This document shows positions 30,884 to 44,845 of a stretch of DNA of 64,000 nt, in pieces. Under the pieces are notes generated by a model that worked only from the letters and a program-made list of their open reading frames with translations, was not told the DNA's origin and searched no databases. Source of the DNA: Octopus vulgaris (taxonomy: Eukaryota); assembly GCA_951406725.2 (NCBI GenBank), contig OX597841.1:15438001-15502000 (forward strand), given 5' to 3'. Each line of letters starts with the position of its first letter. Within the stretch, counting starts at the first letter, position 1. The position numbers and the translations under genes are program-made.

Positions 30884-31461
30884 TTGTTGCTTCGTTTGTC
30901 TGCTGTTGTTGTTTCTCTCCTTTGCCTTTAAATTAACTTAATTGAAAAACGAACAGTAATGTTCTTCGTTTCTTTTTTTTTCTCTCTCTCTCTCTGTTTT
31001 GTTTTGCATTTTAAAAGAAATCTATTAACGCCTAATAAGGTCAAAAGAGTTATCTTCGCGTCTTAAGTAGGCTGCAGAAGAAAAAGAGATAAGAAATTGC
31101 TACGAAGAACAAGAACAAGAACGACAACAATGAAACAATAACAACGACGACAACAACAACAACAACGACATCAAATATTCGCAGTCGTAACGACAGCACT
31201 TAGAGAGACGATCAATGGTGTGAACCCTTTACCCAAACGTTGCTAACAAAAAATATGTCGGAAAGCGAATGGGGAAGGGGATGTATATAATATATACAAA
31301 ATTCATTAAAATCGGAAATGACATGTCTTTAGCGTTCGCTGTTTTTGTGTGAATTTCATTATTTAAAGGGAAAGCAAGACATTTCATTGTCGTTTTAATT
31401 GTGTGTATGTATGAGTATATATATACATATACATATATATATATACATGTATATATATATG

Positions 31462-31552
<91 letters not shown>

Positions 31553-31607
31553 TCTGTATAAACCTATAGTATAGATGTATGTTTGCATATATGAATCTAT
31601 GTTCCTA

Positions 31608-31660
<53 letters not shown>

Positions 31661-31705
31661 GCATATATATGTCTCTAATGTATGTATGTGCGTGCGTATG
31701 TCTAT

Positions 31706-31751
<46 letters not shown>

Positions 31752-31850
31752 ATACAGATGCATATACATACATCTATATATATATGTAGCACGTTTGGAT
31801 TGCTAGACAAGTGTGTGTTAATTTTTGACGATAATGTATATACACACACA

Positions 31851-31890
<40 letters not shown>

Positions 31891-31908
31891 TATGTGTGTG
31901 AATATTTA

Positions 31909-31958
<50 letters not shown>

Positions 31959-32226
31959 TCATTCTGACCCACATACGTACATACACACGTAAGTATAGGT
32001 GCGTAGACGTATTTTAGCGTTTAAAGAGACATTTTTTAGGTCCACATAATTTCTTTTCGCAAATGCAATTTCTGTTTTCTGTTCACTTAGTGATAAATGT
32101 GTCGTTTGTCGCCTGTGTAACGCTTGGATTGCTAGACATATGTGTGTTGTTCTTTACTATAATGTATTCACACACACACACAGACACACAAACACACGCA
32201 TACATGTATATATTTATGTCTATATA

Positions 32227-32410
32227 GGCGCAGGAGTGGCTGTGTGGTAAGTAGCTTGCTTCCCAACTATACGGTTCCGGGTTCAGTCCCGCTGCGTGGC
32301 ACCTTGGGCAAGTGTCTTCTGCTATAGCCTTGGACCGACCAAAGCCTTGTGAGTGGATTTGGTGGACGGAGACTGAAAGAAGCCCGTCGTATATATATAT
32401 GTATGTATAT

Positions 32411-32464
<54 letters not shown>

Positions 32465-32831
32465 CTACCCCGACCAGCGCTTGAAAACTGATGTTGGTGG
32501 GTTTACGTCCCCGTAACTTAGAGGTTCGGCAAAAGAGGGCCCGATAGAATAAGTGCTAGGCTTACAAAGAATAAATCAATGGGTGGATTTGTTCGACTAA
32601 AGGCGGTACTCCAGCATGGCCGCAGTCAAATGACTGAAAGAAAAAAATTAAGAAACTCGCATGCATACATACATACATATATACATATATATATATTCTT
32701 TTCTTTTATTCTTTTCCTTGTTTCAGTCACTTACTGTTGCTAAGCTGGAGCACTCCTTTAATCGATGAAATGAAATCGAACCAAGGACTTATTCTTTGTA
32801 AGCCTACTACTTATTCTGTCGATCTCTCTTT

Positions 32832-32866
<35 letters not shown>

Positions 32867-33232
32867 TCTTTACTCTTTTACTCTTTTACTCTTTTACTTG
32901 TTTCAGTCATTTGACTGCGGCCATGCTGGAGCACCGCCTTTAGTCGAGCAAATCGACCCCGGGACTTATTCTTTGTAAGCCCAGTACTTATTCTATCGGT
33001 CTCTTTTGCCGAACCGCTAAGTCACGGGGACGCAAACACACCAGCATCGGTTGTTAAGCAATGTTAGGGGGACAAACAAAGACACACAAACACATACACA
33101 CACATACATACATATATATATATACATATATACGACAGGCTTCTTTCAGTTTCTGTCTACCAAATCCATTCACAAGGCATTGGTCGGCCCGGGGCTATAG
33201 CAGAAGACACTTGCCCAATATGCCACGCAGTG
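32227..33232. mobile_element. SINE family B cluster: + copy 32227-32640, - copies 32710-32822 and 32866-33232
   Basis: tRNA head GGCGCAGGAGTGGCTGTGTGGTAAG..GGGTTCAGTCCC, CORE-like ACCTTGGGCAAGTG, internal (TA)(GT) tract, (AAGAGTA)n tail. Confidence 0.9.
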
Positions 33233-33461
33233 AATTATCCTATGTTTATCCTCAGCACTCATTAACACAAGCACACACCCACACATTCCCATACATACAG
33301 CAAACATACTGTTCCCTACCTATTATTACTTTATCCCTTCTCTTCCTATTTTTGACGTCAATTCTTCAAACGGATTTTCAAAAAAAAAACACTCATTATC
33401 GCTTTGTTTACCTTGTAGGCAATCATCGAAATTTTTGTTTGTCTTGTTGTCGAGAGAGGCT

Positions 33462-33555
33462 CCCTTTCTTTCCTGATGAGAAGATTGCATAATGCACCCT
33501 TTATTTCTTTGGAATGAAAATATGCTGTCTTCGAAACATGTGTCGAGAGTAAAGG
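33462..33555 (+). ncRNA. Type I hammerhead ribozyme motif with long stem II
   Basis: CTTTCTTTC-CTGATGA-GAAGATTGCATA...TATGCTGTCTTC-GAAA-CATGTG-TC-GAGAGTAAAG; GUC triplet. Confidence 0.8.
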
Positions 33556-33592
33556 AATTTTTGTTAACATCTTCGTTCGACTCCATTCTTTC

Positions 33593-33658
<66 letters not shown>

Positions 33659-33730
33659 AATGTGACCACGTGTGTACCGTTGGCGATTTTTTCCTCCGTC
33701 TTCCCTTCACAGGATCTTTCCCTCTCCTAT

Positions 33731-33765
33731 GTTTCCGACGAAGAGCTCCGCTCGAAACGTTAAAC
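33731..33765 (+). ncRNA. Minimal hammerhead variant (core CCGACGA)
   Basis: GTTT-CCGACGA-A-GAGC-TCC-GCTC-GAAA-CG-TT-AAAC. The downstream TTCCTGAGCG is shared with the 5236/38957 family. Confidence 0.55.
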
Positions 33766-33860
33766 CCGCCTTCTTTCCTTCTTTCCTGAGCGTCCAATAA
33801 TATTGTAATTGTTCCACGTCCTCGCGTTGTTGTGTTTTTTGTGCTTTCTTGTTTGGATTA

Positions 33861-33901
<41 letters not shown>

Positions 33902-33904
<3 letters not shown>

Positions 33905-34066
33905 ACAGGCTTCTTTCAGTTTCCGTCTACCAAATCCACTCACAAGGGTTTGGACGGTCCGAGGCTATAGTAGAAGACACTTGCCCGAGGTGCCACGCAG
34001 CGGGACTGAACCCGGAACCATGTGGTTGTTAAGCAAGATACTTACCACCCACCCACCCCTACGCCT
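33902..34066 (-). mobile_element. SINE family B, 5' half
   Basis: Reverse complement of 32227-32390. Confidence 0.85.
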
Positions 34067-34085
34067 ATATGAGAACATATATATC

Positions 34086-34144
<59 letters not shown>

Positions 34145-34725
34145 AGATAGGTGTGGACATATAGAAAGATACATATATATATATACATATATATATATAT
34201 ACATATACATACATGTGTATATATCTATATTTGTGTATAAGCGTGCATGTATGTATATGTGGGTGTATGAGTTTATCTGTATATTAAGTAATGAGGAAGT
34301 TCATTTAATTATGACATACGTGTTGGTATATCTCCATTATTATGCGTAAGCAGAAGTGTGTATCAATACATACATACACCTAGAATCACACAATTATACA
34401 TACATATATACATTGGTGCCTATACAGATGTATATATATCTTTATATGTATATATGTATTTGTATACACACACACAAATACATACATACAATCATATATA
34501 TATATATATATACTTGTATATGTATGTGTGTGCGTATATATATATATGTATGTATGTATACGTATCTATATACACTTAAATTTCTTTTATGAAGTGTCAT
34601 ATATATTTACATTTAGAAAAGATGCGAATTGTTTCTCGCATCTTTTGATAATATATTGTAATAACATTAATATGTACAAAGATATATATACATATATATA
34701 TATGTGTGTGTGTGTGTGTACGTAT

Positions 34726-34852
<127 letters not shown>

Positions 34853-34866
34853 TTTAAATATATATG

Positions 34867-34919
<53 letters not shown>

Positions 34920-35008
34920 ATGTATGTATCAGATCTTAAGATTGCATTCACACTTGCAATTTGATTAAGTAGAAGATCCGATAAGTGAAGTGTCAATGAC
35001 TGTGTGCG

Positions 35009-35047
<39 letters not shown>

Positions 35048-35157
35048 ATGTATAAATGTGTGTGTATATATATATATGTATATATACATACGTATGTATA
35101 TCTGTATTTATTTTTGTGCATACAGACATATTTGTGAATACGTGTGTGTCTCTGTTA

Positions 35158-35222
<65 letters not shown>

Positions 35223-35719
35223 GTATATATATATATACATATATATATGTGTGGTGTGTGTTGTTTTGTGTGTGTATAAATGCTAATAGATATATGGAAA
35301 TGTTATATATATATATTTATATATATATGTGTATAAGAGTTTAGACACGGAGAGACCACCGTGTGGATTCTTTACATGCTAGAAAGGGTAGTCAAAACCC
35401 AAATCACGAACGATATTCTTAGATTATACGTTTCCTGTTGGACACTTGAATGAATGAAAAATCTCAGTTAACCGTAAACCCATGAGTTTAACCATTAATG
35501 ATCAAATATATCAGCTAATTAGTAAATCACTTGATTAATTAACCATCCGTGGCTCGTCAGTAAGGTCGCTGGAAAATGCATAACTATGAAGCTATAAAAC
35601 GCACCGAACGCATAATGTATGCACGTGCGCGCATGTTTGAGTGTCGAACCTGAAAACAATGCAAAGGGTTCGGAAAGAGGTGGATGGGTCGCATGGCGAT
35701 TACGAAGTTACGACAGCTC

Positions 35720-36034
35720 GGAAAACTCACTCGGAAAAGAACTCCTGAATTTGTTGGCGAGATCCAGGCCATGATTGACAACGATCCCTCCAAAGTCAAT
35801 TAGGTCAATCAAACAAGGACATTGGAGTGTCTGAGGTTCTTATCTGGCAGGTAGTGCATGAAGACATTCGGCGCAGGAGTGGCTGTGTGGTAAGTAGCTT
35901 GCTAACCAACCACATGGTTCCGTGTTCAGTCCTACTGCGTAGCATCTTGGGCAAGTGTCTTCCGCTATAGCCCCGGGCCGACCAATGCCTTGTGAGTGGA
36001 TTTGGTAGACGGAAACTGAAAGAAGCCCGTCGTA

Positions 36035-36097
<63 letters not shown>

Positions 36098-37138
36098 TTG
36101 TGTGTATGTGTTTGTCCCCCTAGCATTGCTTGACAACCGATGCTGGTTTGTTTACGTTCCTGTCACTTAGCGGTTCGGCAAAAAAGACAGATAGAGTAAG
36201 TACTGGGCTTACAAAGAATAAGTCCCGGGGTTTATTTGCTCGACTAAAGGCGGTGATCCAGCATGGCCGCAGTCAAATGACTGAAACAAGTAAAAGAGAA
36301 ATAAGAGTAAAGAGGTATTCTTCACACAAGATGAGAAAGGGCCAATTTTTCATCCCAAGGCATCAAGGACAAGAGGAAAGACCGCGCTACGAAGCTTTTG
36401 AGCAAACTGAAGCAACCCCTCCAACCGAACATGCTTTGGTTTTTGTCAGACGAGAAAAATTTCTGCCAGGATCAGATGGCGAACACACAGAACAACTGTT
36501 GGCTGGCCGTGTCCCGAAAACATGTATCGATACTGATAAAAATCAAACATCCAGTCAACATCATGGTGTGCTTGGAGTGATAACGAGTAATGGTAGCGTT
36601 ATGCCTCCATTCATCTTCCCACATGGCCTCAGACTCAACACAGAGGCCTACATCAAGCACCTGTAGGAAGTAGTGCTGCCCTGGGTCAAGAGGGTAGCTG
36701 CTGGGAGATCCTATGTCTGGCAACAGGACTCTGCACCATGTCGCACAAGCAGGAGAGCCCAGTCATGGCTGTCAGATAATTACTGTGACCACATAAGCCC
36801 TAACATCTGTGCACCTAACTCCCCAGACTGCAACCCTCTTTATTATTATGTGTGGTAGCGCAGTTGAGCGAGTGACCAAGAAAACTCCATGTAACTGAGA
36901 AACTGAGGGCAAGGATTATGGCAGCATTCACCGACTTAATCAAAGAGACCGAACAGAAGAGTTGCAGGAGATTCCGAAGTCAACTGGAGGCCATGGTGAA
37001 GAGAATGGCGATTATATTGAATAAATTTACTCTTTAGTATTTCAAGATATTTTAATGTAATTTTGGTAAATATCTGTTAAAATGATATGTCAGTGTTATT
37101 TTTATTTTTGCGTAATTTAGGCGACAATTTATTCACTG

Positions 37139-37140
<2 letters not shown>
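35720..37140 (+). pseudogene. Tc1/mariner DD37D (maT-type) transposase pseudogene with right end
   Basis: WFLSDEKNFCQD, KHPVNIMV, VMPPFIFPHGLRLNTEAY and YVWQQDSAPCRTSRRAQSWLSDNYCDHISPNICAPNSPDCNPL(Y). There are 37 residues between the QQD aspartate and the third catalytic position (D in the 23460 copy). Frameshifts and stops are present. The terminal GGCGACAATTTATTCAC mirrors GGGTAAATTGTCACC at ~22228. Confidence 0.92.
35869..36314 (+). mobile_element. SINE family B, full length, nested in the transposase
   Basis: Complete head, body, microsatellite and tail; splits ...HEDIR|YSSHKMRKG. Confidence 0.92.
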
Positions 37141-37191
<51 letters not shown>

Positions 37192-37241
37192 ATATGTAAA
37201 TATATATATATACATATACATAAACACACACACATACACAT

Positions 37242-37278
<37 letters not shown>

Positions 37279-37303
37279 CGTACATATATATACACGTACA
37301 CAC

Positions 37304-37346
<43 letters not shown>

Positions 37347-37636
37347 TGTGTATGTGTGTATATATATATATATACATGCATATATATATATATTTAATCA
37401 TAATATTAGGGTAATAAGAATTGTATAAATTATTATTACCAGTGGCCTAGCGCAAAAAGATTAGTCAATAGACTATATATTATTCACATAAAAATATCGT
37501 GTGCATTAAAACACATTAAGAGGCTTCCAAATAGGAAAGCCTTGTGCTAGAAAGAGCAGTAGAAAACTCAAACCACTAATAAAGGATAAATTCTCGAAAG
37601 GAATGAAGATAAAAACATTTACCATCTAATTTAGTT

Positions 37637-37703
37637 CCTAGACCATGGTTTCTGGCTAATTTCAGTAACAAAATATTTACTGAGGCCGGTCTTCATCAGT
37701 AGG
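37637..37703 (-). ncRNA. Type I hammerhead ribozyme motif
   Basis: Minus strand: CCTA-CTGATGA-(bulged stem II with TCAGTAA/TTACTGA)-GAAA-CCATGG-TC-TAGG; palindromic stem III ACCATGGT. Confidence 0.72.
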
Positions 37704-37769
37704 TAGCCTTTAGATTTTAAATATACACACAACGAGATCCGCATGTAAACACGTTGCCTGTAATATGGA

Positions 37770-38114
37770 TGGAAGCACTCCGTCGGTTACGACGACGAGG
37801 GTTCCGTTGATCCGATCAACGGAACAGCCTGCTCGTGAAATTAACGTGCAAGTGGCTGAGCACTCCACAGACACGTGCACCCTTAACGTAGTTCTCAGGG
37901 AGATTCAGCGTGACACAGAGAGTGACAAGGCCGGCCCTTTGAAATACAGGTACAACAGAAACAGGAAGTAAGAGTGAGAGATAGTTGTGGCGAAAGAGTA
38001 CAGCAGGGATCGCCACCATCCCCTGCCGGAGACTCGTGGAGCTTTCGGTGTTTTCGCTCAATAAATACTCACAACGCCCGGTCTGGGAATCGAAACCGCT
38101 GGGCCATTGCGCCT
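37770..38114 (-). mobile_element. SINE family C
   Basis: Reverse complement of 22488-22869 with a deletion in the head. Confidence 0.9.
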
Positions 38115-38654
38115 ACGCCTGTAATATACAGACAGATACATAGATATAGATATAGCCAGACGAGATAAATATAGATAGACGATAGATACACAGATAGTTA
38201 GATAGATGGGTAAATAGATATGCGGACACACAGACAGAGAGGTAGACAGGCAGATAGATTGATGGGTAGATAGATAGGTAGAATAAGAAAGAGAGAGAGA
38301 AGTAGTCAGAGAGATGGATAGATAGAAATAAAGATAGATACATAGACAGATAGACAGACAGGTAGGTAGGTAGATATGTAGACAAATTGAGAGACAGACA
38401 GATGGAGAGAACGAGAGAGAGAGAAGAGTACATAGTTTGATATATCTATTTATCTATCTATCTATCTATTTTTCCACCGTCCAGGCAAAAAAAGCCTTTA
38501 GTGTCTGTTCCCTGTCCTGTTTCTTTATTTGTACTGTTTTTTCTTCATTGGTATTCTTTTTTCTTCATTTGTATTGCTTTTACGTCCTGTTTTTGCCACT
38601 TGTTTTACCCTCTGCAAAAGAATTTTATTTAATTCCTTTTGCAGAAAGGACTGC

Positions 38655-38722
38655 TTCGACTGTGTTCTGTCCTTACCTTCGAAACACACTTTGAGTCGAA
38701 CCAGGGACAGCTGATGAAGTGG
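38655..38722 (+). ncRNA. Hammerhead-like motif with reversed (pseudoknotted) segment order, within a probable Penelope-like fragment (~38470-38850)
   Basis: TTCGACTGTG-TT-CTGTCCTT-A-CCTTC-GAAA-CACA..AGTCGAA-CC-AGGGACAG-CTGATGA-AGTGG; see findings. Confidence 0.55.
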
Positions 38723-38846
38723 AATTTTCCTTGTATTGTTTGTCCTGTACTCTGTTTTTTTCGTTGTTTAAAAAATGTCCGTTTCCTTGTTTGATTTTAT
38801 GTTCTCGTCTCTCGTTGTGTTCTACGTTTATTTGTGGTGTCCTGTA

Positions 38847-38893
<47 letters not shown>

Positions 38894-38956
38894 ATTCGTT
38901 AGCTACTGCACGCATTTTTTTCTCTCCTTCTTTCTGTGTTTTTCTCTCTCTGTGTA

Positions 38957-38994
38957 TCTTTCTGTTGAAGAGCGTAGGCTCGAAACGTTAAAGA
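38957..38994 (+). ncRNA. Minimal hammerhead variant (core CUGUUGA) in a repeat (~38890-39093)
   Basis: TCTTT-CTGTTGA-A-GAGC-GTAG-GCTC-GAAA-CG-TT-AAAGA; paralog of 5236-5273. Confidence 0.6.
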
Positions 38995-39091
38995 CTTGTT
39001 TTATTTATATTTCCTGAGCGCCATACTAATACAATTGTTCGTTTGTTTTCCACCTGCCTTCGTCTTTTGTCTATTTTCATAAAGCTTCCCG

Positions 39092-39142
<51 letters not shown>

Positions 39143-39220
39143 TGTATATATACATGTAGATGTAAGTCTGTACATATATGTATGCATATATGCATATATT
39201 TTATTTATTTATTATATTAC

Positions 39221-39254
<34 letters not shown>

Positions 39255-39557
39255 CAGACAGAGAGAGAGAGAGGCTGAGACAGAAAGGTAGATAGATAGA
39301 TAGATAGATACATAGCTAGATGGATAGATAAGTGCTTATCAAGTGTAAAACTCTTGTGTTGTAAAGCTAAATCGTTTGGAAGGGTAACATATCAAATACC
39401 CCGATAAAACGAAATACTGTGTGCGCGTACCGATATACACATATATAAGTTTCTTTACACATATATGTATGTGTATATATATATATGTGTGTGTGTGTGT
39501 GTATGTATATATATATATATACATGTACATATATATATATACACATATACATATATT

Positions 39558-39604
<47 letters not shown>

Positions 39605-39656
39605 GCATATACATATATATACACACATATACATATATATACACACTTATATATAT

Positions 39657-39701
<45 letters not shown>

Positions 39702-39749
39702 TACATAAATATACGTATATATATATATATATATGCGTATATATATGTA

Positions 39750-39958
39750 CATATACGTATATATGTATATATGTATATATATATGTATATATATATGTAT
39801 ATATGTATATACATATATATATATATATATAAATATATATATATATATGTATATATATACATATACATATATATATATACATATATTTATATATGATCAT
39901 GACCTTTTTACTCATCTGTGAGTGCATGTATGTATGTACGTATGTGTGTTTTTTGTTG

Positions 39959-40005
<47 letters not shown>

Positions 40006-40518
40006 TGTTATAATAAGTGCGGTAGGAAAACTTCCCCTGCATTTATGATTCCTGGAAACCCATCTGGTTTCATTTAGGGTCTGACAAGAAGCTCCTTAGC
40101 CCCTTTCAAGTGTTTATTAGTTTCTGGTGGGGGAGACTTTTAATGTTTTTTTTTTTTATATATATATTTGTGCCTTTGTGTGAGTGTGTTTTCTTTTTTC
40201 CTTTTTTCTTTTTGTAATTTTTCTAGAAAAAAAAGAGCGTAGGTTGAACAAAGACAAAAAATGTTTGTTTTCCACCGGGTTTTTATATTGTTTTCTGATC
40301 CTTAATTAGAGAGACAGACAGAGAGAGAGAGAGCGAGACAGACAGATAGATAGATAGATACATAGCTAGATGGATTTCCCTTCTCTTTTTTTGTCTTTTA
40401 TTGATTGTCGCTCTCTTTCTGTCTTGGAAAAAAAAAAGGACAAGACGATGTATATATATACGTACATATACGTATATATGTATATATGTATATATATATG
40501 TATATATATGTATATATG

Positions 40519-40570
<52 letters not shown>

Positions 40571-40646
40571 CATATACATATATATATATACATATATTTA
40601 TATATGATCATGACCTTTTTACTCATCTGTGAATGTATGTATGTAC

Positions 40647-40731
<85 letters not shown>

Positions 40732-41123
40732 TATAATAGAGTGCGGTAGGAAACTTCCCCGCATTTATGATTCCTGGAAACCCATCTGGTTTCATTTAGG
40801 TCCTGAGGAAGTTCCTTAGCCCCTTTCAAGTGTTTATTAGTTTTCTGGTGGGGGAGACTTTTTAATGTTTTTTTATATATATATATATATATTTGTGCTT
40901 TGTGTGAGTGTGTTTTCTTTTTTCCTTTTTTTTTTTGTAATTTTTCTAGAAAAAAAAAAGGGGGGAGGTTAGGTTGAAAAAACAACAAAACAAAAGATAA
41001 AAAGGAATTTTTTTTTATCCGGGGTTTTTATATTGTTTTCTGATCCTTAATTTTTCCTCTCTCTTCTTTTTGTCTTTTATTGATTGTCGCTCTCTTCTGT
41101 CTTGGAAAAAAGGACAAGACGAT
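39750..41123. repeat. Local tandem duplication (~720-bp period), mosaic
   Basis: 39880-40307 is similar to 40592-41052; 40380-40450 to 41058-41123; 40310-40374 to 39250-39325. Confidence 0.85.
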
Positions 41124-41760
41124 GGTGGTGGTGGTGGTGGTGGAGGTGCGAGAGGGCTTCAGCAATAACAAGAAGAGCGAAAACGAGCTTGCGGACATGA
41201 ATGACCGCCACGACAACCACGACAGAAAAGAATAACAATGGCGATGGGGTGATAGAGCATTGTATTTGTGCATATACATATATACGCCATGTATATATAT
41301 ATACTACTATATATACTATAGAACTACTACACACAAAACCAAAAAGTGACAAGTGAAATACAAGACAAAACAACCAAAACCAACCACAAAAAGAACCACA
41401 CAACCACCACAACCACCACCATCACATTATACCACCACCAATCACCAACCACCATTACCACAAAATTACCACACCACACAAAAAACAACAACTACCTCTA
41501 CCACACCACCACACCACCACCACCATCACAACCACCTCCACTACCACGACCACCATCACCACCACCACCTCCACCACACCACCATCCACCGACTAGACAA
41601 TTTAACCAGCTTCACCACAACAACTGTACTACAACCGGAACCATCAACACCAATACCACCATCGCCAGAGTAAAAACAGCAACAACAACTACTACTACTA
41701 CTACTACAACTTCTTGTACTACCACCACCATCACCACCACCACCACCACTACTACTACAC

Positions 41761-41793
<33 letters not shown>

Positions 41794-41893
41794 TAATATT
41801 TAACATCAGTTGCGGAATTTCGGTAAAAACGTTTGATTTTTTTCCCGCAAATATAACATTAAGTTTGGCATTAGAAATAAAACACACACACAC

Positions 41894-41996
<103 letters not shown>

Positions 41997-42133
41997 CACA
42001 CACACACACATATGGTTTAGATATTTTTGTGTGTCGTTTCGTCTGCATTATAGGCATGTGTGTGCGTATGTGGGTGTGTGTGTGTGTTTGAATGTGTATG
42101 TGTGAAAGACTCCGAATGTATGTATATGTCTAC

Positions 42134-42168
<35 letters not shown>

Positions 42169-42207
42169 TGCGATATGACGATTACTTCATTTTGACAGCA
42201 TATATAC

Positions 42208-42239
<32 letters not shown>

Positions 42240-42414
42240 TTATATACATATGTATTTGTGTATATATGTTCATATATATGTCCATATATATATATATATA
42301 TATAGATAGATATATAGATAGACAGGTACATACACACATGTATTTATATATGTGTGTATATACGTATATGTATGCATAGATGATATATATAAGATGCAAT
42401 TGATATTGTTGCTG

Positions 42415-42427
42415 TTATTATTATTAC

Positions 42428-42508
<81 letters not shown>

Positions 42509-42558
42509 CATTATTATTATCATTATTATTATTATTATTATTATTATCATTATTATTA

Positions 42559-42610
<52 letters not shown>

Positions 42611-42633
42611 CATCATCATCATCGTCATCATCA

Positions 42634-42682
<49 letters not shown>

Positions 42683-42702
42683 CATCATCATCATCATCAT
42701 CA

Positions 42703-42751
<49 letters not shown>

Positions 42752-42762
42752 CATTATTATTA

Positions 42763-42839
<77 letters not shown>

Positions 42840-42958
42840 GCTATTACTATTATTATTATTATTATTATTATTATTGCTATTACCTATTATTATTACTATT
42901 ATTATTATTATTATTATTATTATTGCTGTTACTATTATTATTATTATTATTATTATTA

Positions 42959-43007
<49 letters not shown>

Positions 43008-43015
43008 CATCATCA

Positions 43016-43058
<43 letters not shown>

Positions 43059-43085
43059 CATTATTATTATTATTATTATTATTGC

Positions 43086-43152
<67 letters not shown>
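42415..43152. repeat. (ATT/ATC)n array
   Basis: Directly visible. Confidence 0.98.
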
Positions 43153-43760
43153 TAGCTACAAAGCAAGATAAATTCTTTTCGTTGTCTTTTAGTTACATTT
43201 TTATAGATTTACAATCAAATAATATGTTTGGTTTTATATTTAGCTTCGCCAGCGTATATAAAAAATATATATTCTTATGCATATTTTATAAATCTTCGCA
43301 GTTTCGAATGCCAGGATTCTAGCGAAATGAGCATAAAACGTGGTGCAATTATACACTGAAGGATACATACATACATACATACATACATACATACACACAA
43401 ATCTAATTCGATGACTACAGATCCAATCCATCAGCGGAACTGCAAAAATCTGTAAAACTTTGCAGAAGTTTGTCATTTAAATATATATGCGCATGTCTAG
43501 ATATGTATGAGAATACATACACAAAGTAAAACACAAATCTGTTATATTTACATATACTTCGCAAATACATACCAAAATACTGTTACAAAATGAAAGAGTC
43601 TCATTAGATTAAAGGCGGTTCTCATTGGCAGGAAATCTGAAATAAAACCTGATAAAGACATACATACATAAACACACATACATATTTACATATACAGATA
43701 CATAAATACATGTCTGTCTATCTATCTATATATATACATACATACATATATATATCTTTG

Positions 43761-43824
<64 letters not shown>

Positions 43825-43870
43825 CATCTATCTATCTATCTATCTATCTATCTATTTATCTCTGTCTCTC

Positions 43871-43913
<43 letters not shown>

Positions 43914-44060
43914 ATACAAGAGAGAGGGATGTGGTAGATACATATATATATATATATACAAATATACATACATATATACACCTTCGCGAGCGTCAAACTA
44001 ATACACCTGCTTGTTGTTTACACACCTGTTTTTGTCTTTTGTTTTTCTGTAAATTTTAAC

Positions 44061-44109
<49 letters not shown>

Positions 44110-44116
44110 CACGGTA

Positions 44117-44166
44117 TTTTGTCAGTTAACAGGTCGCGGTCACAAAGCGACGAAAATATTTTGGGA
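44117..44166 (+). ncRNA. Hammerhead variant, G3:C8 family (degenerate copy)
   Basis: TTTTGTCA-GTTAACA-G-GTCGC-(9 nt)-GCGAC-GAAA-ATAT-TT-TG. Confidence 0.45.
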
Positions 44167-44240
44167 AATAAAATTATAATGTTGAAATGAATTTAACGGT
44201 TTTTGTGTTTCTTAATTGGCTTATAAACACCTGCGCTGCT

Positions 44241-44276
<36 letters not shown>

Positions 44277-44460
44277 TATACACAGATACACAGACACAGA
44301 CACAAATACACACACACACACACACACACACGTATATATATATATATATATAGATAGATATAATTACAAAAAAGAGTGATGTATTGGTTTATATATAGAG
44401 AGAGACACAGATAGTAATATATGACAGGTACATTTTATCCCACCTATCAAACTATAAATA

Positions 44461-44517
<57 letters not shown>

Positions 44518-44794
44518 GGGGGGGGCTGAGTGTATGTATGTGTGTTTGTGTGTGTATGTATATGCATGAGCAGATATGGATAGACAGACAGATAGCCAGC
44601 CAGACAGACAGATTGATAGAAAGACAGTTAGATAGATAAATAGATTGATGAATTCGATACGTGAAAGCAAATGATTTGTAAAATATTATTATTATTATTA
44701 TATTATTATTATTATAATTATCATCATCGTCATCATCATCGTCGTAATCATCATCACCATTATTATTATTATTATTATTATTATTATAATTATG

Positions 44795-44845
<51 letters not shown>

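Noticed and set aside
40770-40815. Possible type II hammerhead (GAAACC..GGTTT..CTGAGGA)
   Set aside because: No stem I can be formed, and the duplicate at ~40050 has a different core.
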